Of a DNA stretch of 64,000 bases, positions 1 through 13,400 are shown in pieces. A program made the translations under genes and the position numbers. This DNA is from Lepidodermella squamata. Its lineage: Eukaryota; Animalia; Gastrotricha. The stretch spans positions 1,736,001 through 1,800,000 of the forward strand of contig JBLDXI010000021.1 in NCBI GenBank assembly GCA_047495785.1, read 5' to 3'. Positions within the stretch are counted from its first letter, which is position 1, and each line of letters opens with the position of its first letter. The notes below the pieces were generated by a model, which was not told where the DNA came from, ran no database searches, and saw nothing but the letters and a program-made list of their open reading frames with translations.

Positions 1-1
1 C

Positions 2-3000
2 ATTTATGCTCCTAATGCACCATTTTCGGCTCCTCAGTTGAAAGAGGTCTTACGTTTCTTTGTCAAACAATTGTCGGATCTTCAGCTTCACGCTTCGCCT
101 ATATTCCGTCACGCATTTTATCTTTTGGATGTTATTTCGTCTACACGGCTGTTCTGTGCGTTTTTGGATTTCGAACACGAATGTGCGTCGTTTTTTGGCG
201 ACGTTTTTGAATGCTTATTCAACGCTGTTCGAAAAGAGCACGCGCCGAATGTTCGTAATTTGATCGTTGATCTTTGCGTACCATTGCTTCAAGAGACTCC
301 TACTATTACGCCGGAGATGTTAGATTGCCTCCTATCTCGATTGGTAGACCCTTCAAAAGGCGTGAACCCAATAGCCCACAAGGTGGTGTTAGACGTCATT
401 ATCAGGGCTAAGGATTGCTTAGAGCCCGTCTTGTTAGAATTTTTCCGATCTGCGATGGTTCATGGCGCGTCAGATGAATCATCGTTGTCGAAAGATGCAT
501 ATCCAATTTTGTTCGAACTATGTATCGGATGCCCCGATGTAGTGCACACTGTATTGTCAGCTCACTTGCGCGAAGCTCTAGAACTACCCGTGGAAAACCT
601 CCGCCTAGCTGCGGTGCGGTTCGCTGGACAAATTTTCTCACGTTCCTCCGGCGTTGGTGCAATTTTTGCTATGAAATACACGACAACATGGGCCACTTAT
701 CTCGGCCGCTGCAAGGATGCTTCGTTGGCCATTAGAATGTGTTGGGTTAAACAAGCTACGCAGATCATAACATCTCTTACATACGCCTCTACCGACGAAC
801 AAGAAATGGGGAAATCCTTGATGGATCGATTAGTAACTCGAAGCATCGATGTTGATGCCCAAGTTCGTCTTGCCGTAATCGATGCCACGATTGCCATCGC
901 TCAACATGACATTTCCAGAGTTCCAGATGAGCTTTTGAAGAAAATCGAAGAGCTCACGCGAGATAAGCATCCTCGAACTAGGAGTACCGCCGTTCTTGCA
1001 CTAGGGAGAATCTATCGAAGAGTTTGCATTCCTCTTCCATCTGACAAAAAGGCAACCTCGAAGGGTGAAGGTGACGCTGATATGGATCAGGAATCTGCGC
1101 AACCAACTGTTCAAGACGATCAACCTGCATCCGCGCCTTCATCTGAGCAAAAAAATCGAGTTGTTTGGATCCGTAATAAAATCCTACACATCTACGCTGC
1201 CAGTGGATCGTTGGAGGACAGAGCTCTGGTCGAGCGGGTTTTATACGCTTGCCTAGTGCCCGTAACTTCTTTACATTTACATCGACGTCTTCAAGAACTG
1301 GTTTCGTTGTATGCTAATCTTGACGAAATTGCTATGACCTGTTTTGAAAACCTGATTCGCTGCCAATCTCAGCTCAGAGAAGCTATAAATCGCTGGGCCA
1401 CTGGCGCTTTGAACCCAGAAAGAAGCTTCAGTCAAGCATCTCAACTGTCCATTCTTCTTCGAATGTTGCCTGCTGACTCGTGTCCTCCTGATGCGCTTGG
1501 TAAGATTGGCAAATTTGTGTCTTTTTACTTGTAATTTGTGGCTTCCCTTTTATAGGTCAGTTAGATCGAATGCTGACTACTAACAAGACTTTAGCTGAAC
1601 GCCTCAAAGCAGCAAGTGACGTTAAGTGCTCATCAACAAAAGCTGCCGAGTTGGCGACAGAAATCGTGAAAATGGTGTCAACGAAGGTCGAAGAGTCCAA
1701 GCAGAAGTCTACGACTCTAATTACCGCGATTAAATTCATCTTGGAGCGTACGCTTCCTCTATTAGTGTCTGGCCCAACTTTTGTTGGTCTGCTTCGCATC
1801 GTGCTGAAACTATCAGCAGGCGAGTCTCTTCCCTACACAGATGCCACTGCCGAATCAGTTCCGACCGTGTTAAATCTGTGTAAGCTGGTCGCTATGGTTT
1901 TCAAAACAGCCTGTCTCAGCGTTGACCCGTCACTCATCGAGGAAGAAACCGACCCTGATCACTTCAAGTACATACTCGATCACTTTGTCTCGTTATTTGA
2001 CCAATTGCAGTCTCAAGATTCGCTGTCTATTGTCGCACAAATTTTGCCCCACCTTTTGTTCAATCAAAGCCAATATCAGGGACAGTCGCCGCAATTTTTC
2101 ATGTCGGTCCACGCTCTTCAGAGTTCGTTGAGTAATCTCACGCGACGGTCTCACGTTGGCCTGGTAAAACACGTGACAACTTCGTTGATTCACATGCTGC
2201 CCGGGAACGAATACTTCCGCGTTATTAAGCCCATTGTCGACAGCCGAGTTATTCAAATCACGGCAGCGTTGAAAGAAATCAGCGCTTTCAAAGATTCAGC
2301 AGATTCGTCAACTGCTGAATGTACGCCGACTGACTCGCCACTAAAACCGAATGACGACTTCCAGTCAGCAATTGTGGGCTATTACTCATTATCACGCGTC
2401 GCAACATACCTTCCAAAATCGTTTTTTATCGAACTGCGGGATTTGGCCGATGACACCTACGTCATGTTAAACGACTTGTTGAAAAACAAATCGAAGTTGC
2501 ATGTTCCGTTACGAATTGCCGCGATCAAGTTTCTGGCTCGTTGGTTGAGTCATTTACGGCAAGACCAGCCAATGCAGCATCAATTAGGCCGGCGGATTGG
2601 TGATTGCATCGCTGATCACGTTAAAATTTTATCCACGGTTTCAGACTGGAATGACGATGCAAATAAGGATGTGACGCCAATGGGTTTAGCAGCGTTATCA
2701 GCGTTGTTCCGTTTGCTGCGGTCTGCTGAGCCCATTTTCATGTCCCTACCTGCCTCCACGGCTAGCACTCTTGCCATGGTTATGAAGCAACTCGATATCA
2801 AGACACTTCGTGGCGCTGTGAAAAAATTGGTGGTGAAACTTCAGCGACTAATCATAGCCAGAACCTTGCCTCCGTTGACCTTAGCCATTTTCGCGTGCTC
2901 ATTCCTCTCGACTGATAAAGAATTGAGATCAACAAGTCGGCAAATGGTCGATAAATTGGTATCGGCGTTACGACTTCAAGCTCAACATCAAACTGTCCCG

Positions 3001-3900
3001 ATTCAATCGGATTCAAATGAAAGTCAGGTTGTACCTCTGAAAAATTTGCCCGAAAGTCTGTTGCCGTGTGCTATTATTCTCTTCTCGTTCATCGCAACTA
3101 ATGACATAGATTTACAAGAGAGTTGTCGAACTGCTATTGGAATGATTATGGAAATTTTGACCGCTCGACCCAATGTCGGCGGCTCGACTGAAGGTGCTCG
3201 ATCTGTTTCCTCCGAACATCTACCCATGATTCGAGGTTTGCTCAACAAATTGAAGTCCATGTCAACTTTGGTTAGTCCTTCATTCTCGGCACCTGTGGCT
3301 AATTGGTCCGAAAATTCCCTGGCTGCTATGGTGAACGTAGCTCTAGCCGAAATACCGGCTGAAAAGGGCGTTTCTCTTGAAGATGCTATTGCTATTGATA
3401 TTGAATCTCGGCCATTTTTCGCCATTCTTGGCCCGTTGTGTGAGTTGTTTCAGAGCTCTGGTGAGGTGAAACCGCGTTCTGCTGCCGGTTGTGATAATTC
3501 ATCGAATTTACATCAGGCCACCTCGCCACTCAGTGACAGTGGGAAAGCTAACCAGCCGCCCAAATTGGGCGTAAAAGCAATTCCGATGGTCAGCGTGACG
3601 ACAACCCCAATCTTGCACACGCACCCCCACCCCCACACTCACTCGCACCAAGAACCGAAATCTCCTGCTCAGGTTAAGAAAGTTGAAACGAAGCTAGAAT
3701 CTCCGGGCAGTCAAAAATCAGGCTCCAGTGGTGCTCGAAAGCGTAAAAATACGAAAAATGACGACTCAGCAAGCGAGGAAGAAGGAAAGTCTGACACCGC
3801 AAATGAATCTGATGAAAAATCGACGCGTCCTACCAGGGCGAAACGACAAGCCACCATTGCGGCTGTCGAGGCAAAACAAACCGGTCGCCGTCGGAAATGA
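2..3900 (+). CDS. PDS5: Sister chromatid cohesion protein PDS5 (5'-truncated by the window edge; intron 1500-1555)
   Basis: Frame is open from base 2 (IYAPNAPF, resembling PDS5 IYAPEAPY). HEAT-like helical region with RCKDASLAIRMCWV and WIRNKILHIY...EDRALVERVL...LVP motifs; low-complexity charged C-tail. A 56-nt GT-AG intron joins ORFs 38..1534 and 1570..3900 in frame. Confidence 0.9.
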
Positions 3901-4058
3901 AACTTTCAAATTGTTTTCTAACGTTCTTTCCATTCTGATCTAACTTGATCCGTGATTAGCTAAAATGATTAGTAACCGGTGATTTGTTATATCACTTTCG
4001 TCTCGAAAGATTCATTGATTATTCTAACCAGTTTTCTGTTTCAATTTAGGTTTGTTAA

Positions 4059-7000
4059 ATGATGTCGGATAGAAGGGTTCGAATTACTGAGGACACTTCT
4101 TCGATTATTCTGTCGATCGAAAACAGTCCCCTGACAGCCGACGTGCATCGCTGTTTAACTGGCGCAGATTTCATGTCGCTGCCTCAGCGTCACGAACAAC
4201 AACTGATGACTGATACGGGTGACTCGGACTCAATGGAACAGCGCTCGATGGGTTCTGAATCTGGCTCGTCCGGCGATGACTCCCTCACGCAAAGAGTCGC
4301 TAGCTTGCTGAACCGAAGCGGCGATTACCACGAAATTTCAAATTTCTCAGATTCCAGAGCTAAATCACCACCTGGTAATTCTGAGACTGTAATTAAAATT
4401 CCACCTTAATTCGTGTTTTAATATTGAAGTACCAATCGAGCAGTCTACTGCAGCTACTGGTTCTGCGGATGTTAATTTTAATGTCGGCTCTTTTCTAACA
4501 TCGAGCCGTGTTGCTGCGCCGAATAGCCTGTCTGCTTCGCCTACCCGTGCTGGCCCGTATACATTTTACGCTAGTGCGGGTGGTTCAGTGGAAGATTTAT
4601 TCGCTCCGCCACCCGAATTCGCCGATCCATCTTCTGCGACTTACACCGATTCGGCGCCCAAATTTTCGAGTGGCAATAGTGCTGTTCAGACGCTGTTGAA
4701 GTCTTTAGAATGGGACCATGCTTGGGATGTTTCGGCTCCTGGGTAAGTTTTCCATCTGACCGTTATCATTAGTTACAAGTTTTTCATTATAGATTTCCGA
4801 ATCGGTCGAAAAGCCCGCCTCGATCTGCGCACAAGAATGAGTTTGAAGCTGGCCGTATTGACTCACGATCATCACCTAACCATAGGATATCGCCAACGAA
4901 GCAGGTATTCTTCGACGATATGGTTACCATGGTGAGACGCAATTAATGCCCCGAAATATTGATTTTTATATTGCAATTTATGTTTTACATAGCCGCCTGC
5001 CAGGGGAAAAACATTGTCTACGTCGCCTCACTACACGCCATCTGCATCTCCCGATTTGAGTTCTGGAAAATATTTTTCAGAGATGAAACATTTGGTCGAG
5101 GAACAGGTAAAAAATTCGCCCATTTATTGTCGCAAAATGACTTGCATTTTTTCTAATAAACCAGATTCAACGGCGCCAGGCTCTTATTGAGCCGCTTTTA
5201 CACGGGGATTTTTCGTCGACATCAGCTAGTCGCGTTGCAGGCGTGCCTTCCTCCTACACATCTTCAGCTACAGCCGACGCTCTGACTAATCGCTATCTTT
5301 CAAATGCCACTCAGCCCTCCTCATCCACCGACACCCTGGTTGGCCAGCATTACGACACTACATTCGGCGACTACTCGTCGTATGACTTGTCGCGGTTACC
5401 CCCGGCTGGTCCATCGAAAACTAGTAGTAGCACCTATTTACGAACTGGGCTTGACAACAACACATCGCGTTTAACCAGCGATTTCCGGTCTCGCCTGCAG
5501 GCGCTCGATTCGGGTCGTTTGTCGGCCTCACAAAGTGATCTAACGACAGTTACCCCGCGCACTGGCTCCGGCCTATCACATCACCACCACGATTTGCGTG
5601 GCTTTGAACTGCACTCCCGCGTCGCTGATATTCTTGCCCGTCGCAGTCGCGCTTCAGAGGGCGCTACTTCATATTCTGAAGAACAAACCCGTTCCTCTTC
5701 GAACCAGTCGGGTGACGCCACGACGACTGTCGAAAGCACACACCCTGGTTCGAACGATGCAATTCCGCCCCGCTTCCCGGCCCACACCTACGGAAATCGG
5801 CCGTACTCTACTCGAGACAACATTCCTTCTATTAGGCTGGACGCGTCTGTTCAGACCTCTGCTAGTCGCTTGCCAACCGCCTGGGCTAGTGAAAACGATG
5901 TAAATCTACCTGAAATGAAGTCATCAGGAGCCCAAACCAGTGCGGCAAAGTTACCTTTTTCATCACGCGTAAATTTGCCAGCCGATAAGCCGAAATCTAA
6001 CTCTGCCACTGCGCCCGTCGATATTAATGCGATCGCCGGGCTACTGGAGGAGCCAATCAAAGCAGCTGTTAGGAAGTGTTTAGAAAGCGAACTTCGGTCT
6101 GTTAATTTATCAGAACACGTTAGCAGACCCAGTAGCCGCGCAAGTGCTGCTAGTCGTCGCTCGCCCAGTGCTCATATCGACTCGTTGCATGTCGAGGCCA
6201 CGACAGAGAATGGGAGGAGTTCATCGCTGAGCCGGCAACGGTCGATGGATAGGGCTCATTCACCTACAGCCACCGAGACTTTAACATCGGCCACTAATCA
6301 CATTGAAAGAATGTTGGAGGCTGAACGTCGCGCTGCTGAGTTGGCTAGGGCGAAGGCTGAGGAACAGGCGAAACGGGTCAGACACCTTGAAGATGTCTTG
6401 GCCGATCAGCTCACAGCACCTCCGCCCGCCAAATTTGACGATACTGCTAACGAGACTATTCACCCGGAGCTTCAAGATAATCTCAGACACAAGTCACGCT
6501 CTCCATCACCGACGATAGACCGCAGAAATCGATCAACTTCGCCGATCAGGTCGCCTCCAAAAGTTCGTGTCGCGTCTCCTGTTGCGTGGTTTGTCCCGGC
6601 AGTTGAACCAGGTGCGCGCCGTCGCAAATCTCAGGATAAACCCAGTCGGTCCAGCGTTCGTATGGATTTTGCCGCTCCGACTCGTAGGGAACAAAACTTC
6701 TTGACCGGTCGCATTCAAAGCATGCTCGAGCCTGTTTCGCCAGCCAAGCCGAAAGAAGACCTGACCCTTCAGGAATCCCTTCGTTTGTCAAATAGAAATT
6801 TCATCGTTCGATCGGCGGAAAGACTGAGACGTCTAAGACTCCACGCTATTGAACGGAAGCTGGATCAAGAAAGGAAAAAGGCCACAGCGGCTATTGACAT
6901 GGAGCGAGATGATTTTCTAGAAGAACAGGCTAGAAAAATGGAAGAAATGAAACCGACGCGACGTGCGCCATTGCCCCGTGGCATCCAACGTGCTCAAACT

Positions 7001-7400
7001 GCTAATGTCAAGAAAGACCAAAAACTGGGACAATCAAGATCGAAAACTACTGAAGAAATGCTGTTTGCTGAGCTGCTTGCCTGTGATACGGCTAGCGTGA
7101 CGTCATCAACCCCGGAAATGAAGCGAATTCGCGCGGAGACTCATCGCCGAGCGCTTCAGCTGCCCGAAGCAATTCGCCGAATGGAACAGGAGCGACGGGC
7201 TCTTCAAGCTAAACAGAACCGTTTGCGATCCGAAATTTTTAAACAGGTTAGTTCTGCGTTTAATTTGTGTTGAATTATTTTACATTTTCGTTTGTTTCAA
7301 TCTACAGAAAGTCCTCAATAAGCTTTTGGGCCGCAGACAATGGACCCTTCCCCGGTGTTTGTACTCGGACGGTGTTATGGATCGTGTCTTAATTCGTTAA
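4059..7400 (+). CDS. ALMS-motif centrosomal protein (ALMS1/CEP295-like), multi-exon
   Basis: Ser-rich disordered body. C-terminal VAWFVP, TLQESLRLSNRNFIVRSAERLRRL and QLPEAIRR...KQNRLRSEIFKQ|KVLNKLL match the ALMS motif. Last exon 7308-7400. Confidence 0.75.
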
Positions 7401-7767
7401 TTTTTGTGAAATTACTCAATTTATGTTGCCGAATAATCTACCTCAACATCGTATTATTACTCATCAAAGCTTTTATTAAGCGTTTTCGCACCTATTCTCT
7501 CACTTGCCTTATTACTCGTTTTTCATGCTGATTTTCGGAAGCACGAACAGAGAACTCACACGACTTCACTATACATTTTTTGAAAGATTTTGTACGGCCA
7601 AAACGGTTGTTACATCGAATAATACCAAATAAATCGTTGTTACTGCTCTGTTGCGTTGTTTGTTTGTGATCAAAGCATTGTTGCGCAACATCACTGATTA
7701 AATGACCTCGTATTCGAGAGTGAATTGAATAATTTCTATGCGATTGATTCAGAGCTAAATCCCGACT

Positions 7768-8107
7768 ATGGAGAGAGTTTTGCACTGCTTAAGCCGTTGC
7801 TGCTGCATACCACAGCTGGAAGAGTCGGATTTTGATGTTTCGCGGTGTTCGACTATGGAGTCTCTGCGAAAGTCGCCTGGTAGCAACTTCGAACCCGTTC
7901 CAGGTCGCTTATCTGCGCCGCCCTTGTTAATTCCTATCTTGAAAGGCCCGCCGTCCAACTCATCGACCCAAACGGTTGAGGGCGACTTCCAAGAAGAAGC
8001 TGGTATTAACGCCGATTCGGTTTGCCCATAGATTCTTGTGTTAACATTAAATTTTTTTATTTCTCATTTAGGTTAAAAACAGCAACGGTAACTGCCTTGC
8101 TTCCTAA
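7768..8107 (+). CDS. Small orphan protein (~95 aa) with an N-terminal Cys cluster and C-terminal CaaX (CLAS); intron 8020-8071
   Basis: ORF MERVLHCLSRCCC... spliced through a 52-nt GT-AG intron to VKNSNGNCLAS*. AATAAA follows at ~8146. Confidence 0.5.
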
Positions 8108-8220
8108 CTTGATTTTCCTGCTGAGTGGAATTTCATAAACGTTCTTAATAAAATCTTACGTGATGCAATGCAGTGTTTGCAAAAATGATTATTCTGTGGT
8201 GTTTTAGAAATTATTTTAAG

Positions 8221-9274
8221 ATGGGCGCTTTGCAGTCGAAACAAGACGAGATTCCATCGCTTTATTTTGACCAAAAACAGCTCGGCGGTGTCTCCTCGCA
8301 GGTTTTGCAAATTACCATCAAGGAAGTAGTGCGAACATGCTTGGAGGATCCAAAGTTTATCAAATTAATTGTTGACGCAGCGTCCAATGCGCAGAAGAAC
8401 CTGGACCTGGACGAGAGTTTTGAAGCTTTAGATCTTGAGGCTTATGAAGAACAAGCAGATTTTTCGCAGGAAAAACCGATGGGTACACCGTTAGCCTCTA
8501 ACCAAAAAGGTTAAATTTCTTCTACCGAGGCGTGGCAAATGAATTAGAGTATTTTTCATCAGAAATGGACTTATCGAAAGCTGTTAGTTCCGACAACTTT
8601 CATTCACCTGAGGTACGCGATGAATTCGTTTGTGTATTTTTGTAACCAATATCTTGTAGAAGGATTATCATCCGCTGCCCAATCAACAATCCTCTGAAGT
8701 CAAGCCCGCAAATCCGCAATCTGCCGCTCGCAAAAATGTACCGTGGACTGAAGGTGACATGACGGCCTTGAAAACCGAGAAAAACAGTCATCTCGATGAT
8801 TGGAATTTACCGGATAGTCTTTTGAGCTATCAAAGTGTGGAGGATTCGTCAAACAACCGTCAGTCTATGTCAACCGAACCAGGCGCCGAATGCCGAGGAG
8901 CAACCACCCCAGATACGACCAGGCTGATGGTGGGCAAATTCAAGCACATTCTCGACGATGTGATCGAATCGTTGAGTTTGATTCGAGACGGACTCGAGGC
9001 TATCGAAGGATATTATCCGGAACAGTACAGCCAGCTGCAGTCTCGCCTAGCCGCCTTAACACCTGAAATCGGTGGCAAAAGCACCTTATTTGTAACACCT
9101 GCAGTTCCCCTGTGCAAAACTGGACCGCCCCATCTGTTGAACCCGAGAGCGGCTTTCAGCGGCGCCATCGATCTTCAAATGTATCGCACGTCAAAAAATT
9201 GTGATCAGCATGCGGCATCAGGAATTAAAAAGCAGCAAAATTCCCTTGCTGTTAACAACCATGATTCAAATTGA
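8221..9274 (+). CDS. Orphan protein with a predicted N-myristoylation motif (MGALQSK), 3 exons
   Basis: Two ~50-nt GT-AG introns (~8510-8562 and ~8612-8659) join ORFs 8173..8514 and 8759..9274 in frame. An acceptor AG lies just upstream of the ATG. Confidence 0.55.
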
Positions 9275-9809
9275 TTTATTTTCAAGTCAAGTGATTTTAT
9301 TTTCCGAAGTATCCTACAAACATAAAAATAAACTGCCACATTGAAAGCAATTTTTTACGCTATTGATTTCTGCTGTGATTTCGGAGCATATGACTTGAAT
9401 ATCGAATTATTAGACAGGACCGAAATAAAGGGCAGGATCGGGTCCTTCCAAAGATTTTCAGACAATTTTTGCAGCGATCAATATATTTTTACGGAAATGG
9501 TCCTTGAAAAATTAGAAGGCCCCCGTATAATTCAGCATAGACGGTACATTGGTTTTAACTAGCACCTTCCAAAATGAAAGCTTTTTTAGTTTTAATTATA
9601 CTACATTATATAATTTAGCCCAAATTTTCATGGAAGTCATAAATCAAACCGCTGAATTGAAAGCTTTTGTTAGCATCAACTACGCCAGCAGCAAAGTTTT
9701 AACTTTTGTTAAAATGGGCTATTAACTACGATATAAGTACTTGAATATGCGCCGCTCACGATATAGTATTATCCTCATTGTACATGCGGCCTCTCGACAA
9801 TTGAAATTG

Positions 9810-9950
9810 TTGGCGCGAGTGTGCGCGTGTCACGTGCCGGGCGCGGCAGCCAATCAGCGTGCGCGGCGGCCGGTCGATACATCGCTATGCCCCGCCCTGC
9901 TGTTCCGCCATTTGCCCATATGTTGGTGGTTTCCATTAAATTGATATATT
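9810..9950 (+). promoter_or_regulatory. Probable COE promoter (GC-rich island)
   Basis: CACGTG E-box at 9831, CCAAT at 9850, GC box CCCCGCCC at ~9890. Followed by a long leader and a probable 5'UTR intron (~10355-10449). Confidence 0.45.
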
Positions 9951-10469
9951 TCTCTCGCATCGGCGTTGATCTCTGTTCTTCGAATCGTAATAACACGCTG
10001 TGTAGCAACAGTAAAAACTTTGGCTCTCTAGTGACTGCCGAACGCAGAAACCCTCGTCGACTTAACCCGCCTGGACTCTCTTTACTCTCTCTTCTTGAAT
10101 TGTCCTCTTGCCATTCGGCGGCCGCTCAACGGGTACTTCCGCAACCGTTCTGGGCCGTTGGTATTTTCACGGCGCACAGCAATAACTATTGTAGCGTCTA
10201 GCTCTGCATTTGCCATCCCCAGCGATCATCCTACAGTGGCAGGCAATTTTCACTCGCACGTCGCCAATCGCCTCTTGTGACTGCCCATCTTCCGCCTACA
10301 ATTATCATCCATCCACGCAATCCTCCAAACGATAAAACGCGCAACCTCCCTAAGGTATGTCCAAAGTTCACTTGCCAACGGTGATTTTTCAACCGTTTTC
10401 GTTACTGAATAACTGCAGTTCTGAAAAATAATTTTCCAATGATTTTCAGCGTTAGCTTTCAAATTCAAA

Positions 10470-13400
10470 ATGATGTTTGCGCTCGACCCATTGGCAAGCA
10501 CTCGAACTGCCATGTCGATCGTCAACGGAGGTGGACCTTCGCCGATGTCGAATGCGATATCTGGGGTAGGGACCGCAGGATCCATCGCGGCTGCAATGTC
10601 GGCCGCTAGCGGCAATCCAGCTTCAGCCGTTGTCAAAACTGCAGCTGATTTCGTTCGATCCTGTTTCGTTCAGAGCGGAGCACCGCCTCTCCTCGACCCA
10701 AATGGGTTCACGATCGGACGAGCACACTTCGAAAAACAGCCACCTAGCAACCTTCGCAAAAGCAACTTTTTCCATTTCGTTCTCACGATCTTCGACCGCC
10801 AGGGCCAGCCGGTTGAAATCGAACGCGCAGTATTTCTCGGATTCATTGAAAAAGAAGCCGTAAGCCATCGCATAAAAAGTGATACAATAATACAATTTTT
10901 GTTCTTTTAGGACGGAACTGATAGTCCTTTGAATAACGGCATCCACTATAGGATTCAATGCCTGTATGCAAGCGGTATTCGTAACGAACAAGATGTTTAC
11001 ATCCGCTTGATAGATTCGGTGACCAAAAAGGTTAGCTATTTGGATACTGTTTCAATCATTTTATCATAATTTTCCAAATTTTTCTTCCTCAGGTTATCAT
11101 GTACGAAGGTCAGGATAAAAATCCAGAAATGCGGCGGGTGTTACTTACACACGAAGTTATGTGCAGTAGATGTTGCGAGAAGAAGAGCTGCGGCAATCGC
11201 AACGAAACTCCATCTGATCCTATCATCATCGACAGGTATGTGCTTTTTTTCCTTTAATCATTATAATTAATGGTTAGTATCCGATAATCATGCGTAATGT
11301 TTTGCCACTGGTTTTCCGCTGAATCCCAGTCGCGCATTATCCCTTGCGTATCCGTGTCCGCGTTCAGATTTACTGGCTTCGGCCATGATTTCATCCGCAC
11401 GTGTTGATTCCTATTCTTAGGAAAATTATTAGGCCTTTGTCATTGTCATCAGCTTCAGTCTCTCGAGTTCGCCGCGATGTCAACAAAACATGCGGCAGGA
11501 ATTCCGCGGAGAAATCATTTCGGAAAAGCATAAAGTAAACTAATAACCTGGCACCACGCGCACATCTTTCCTAGAATAACATAGCGCGGCCCGAGCACAA
11601 ATCTTCGGGGATTGATACGTCGTTGTGTCGTCGTTTTATGTAAATTAGACGCAACCCGGTTCCACGGGGAGAGCCGTGCGCGGAACGCACACGCGCGTCG
11701 ACAAAATTTTTGCGCACAATTTGGCGCTCATTAATTTGCAACCCGTCCTAAATTACGTTGGCCTCATGTCTCCCCGCTTGAGCATGTGTCATCGCCGATC
11801 GCTCTGCGTCTGTCTTCCCTGTTCGATTTGTCTGCCTCCATGCATTGGGTGCTCGGCGCATAACGCTGAATAAATGAAGCGGCAGCAAGTGTGCGCCGTG
11901 GTGCCAACGCGTATGTATTATTTTATTGCGACGCTGAATCTCAACGGCATAGCGCTGCGCTGACCATCTGGGAGCGCGCTTCGAATGTGAGGAAAATACT
12001 GCGAGCTGATATTGCTCTAATGGCGCTCAAACTGTGACGGACTGGTAATTACTTTTCCCGAAAATTTCTGCTTTAAACCAGGGAAAGCTGTCTGTGTGTA
12101 GATCAGGAAATGGCGTTTCAGGGTCACCAATGTGTTGAGGATAAAACGCGTGTCCAACCTGCTCGCTAACATATGCGCTGTTTAGCTGCGAGCTGTTAAG
12201 CCGTTGCGCAATCGTTGTTGCTCATCTTTGCGCCTGTTCTAGCTTTTTACAATTTAATAGTGTATAGCCGATTTATCCGCAATCAATCCTCTTGACTGCG
12301 CGTCACTGTTATTGTTATACGCACGCCTTATAATTGCAACGCTGATTGTCGTCCTTGTTCAACCCTTTGGTACAACCTTATTATTTAAATTGTTGCTGCT
12401 GCTGCCATTTATTACTGAGCAACGTGCGCATATGCCAATCTGTGGTGGCATTTTGGTGTAGGGTGGCCACTAACGATTATTGTTCCGTGTAGATGAACGA
12501 TGATAATGATAAAGCAGCAGTTATAGATGCATTTATTTTGAGCCCAGGCCTAAGGGGACCGCCGAGCCAGCGAACCGTCGTCCCGATGCGACTCTTAGTT
12601 TTAATTCGCCTCGCATGCCAATACATCGCGTGAAAATTTGCGTACTACACGGAACATTAAAAATTAACGTTGACACAGGTAAAATTTCAGCTGCATTTTA
12701 TTGCAACGAGTTGACTCTTTCCAACTCTCTCGCCACAACAGCCCCCACGTGGCGTGTTTTCTCCCGGCTGTTCGGCCAAGCGCAGTCATTTTTAATGGAT
12801 GGAAAGCGCGCTAGTTTTACGCGTGCTCACTGCTGCTCATCAATTATTTAAAATACTCTTGTTGAGTTGGAAAATTTTTAAATTTCTATCCGTGATTCGC
12901 GTTACCGGCTATCTGCGCTCGGCCATATGTGATATAGCGTGCCAGGCCCGTTAATTTTTTATAAAGAAGCCACGATTTCATGCGAAAGCCGTAAAGCTGA
13001 GCATTCAAATGCGCACGAAAATTTCAGCATAATATCGCCAGGTGCAGTGATATCCAATAAATTTTCACAAAAATTGTTATCATAGTTGTAACCGGCAATA
13101 AAGCTGAGCAAAACGCATCTGCGCGTGTTTTGACAAGTTGTTGTGGTCATAAACCCACGTGTCATCATCAGTGGGCAGATGCGACGAGAGGTGTGTTTTA
13201 TTGCTGACCTCGCTGAAATTGTGACGAAATTAAATTGAGTTACCTGGTGGTCTCAGTTAATAACACCTTCATATCCCTTGGTATTCATTTCATCATCAAC
13301 AATCATCGCAGCTGTAATACTAGACTCCAGCTTTTATGATGTACTGTTGCTGTCATTACTCAAGTGGTTTTCAAGTATATCTTGTCATGAGGGAATATAA

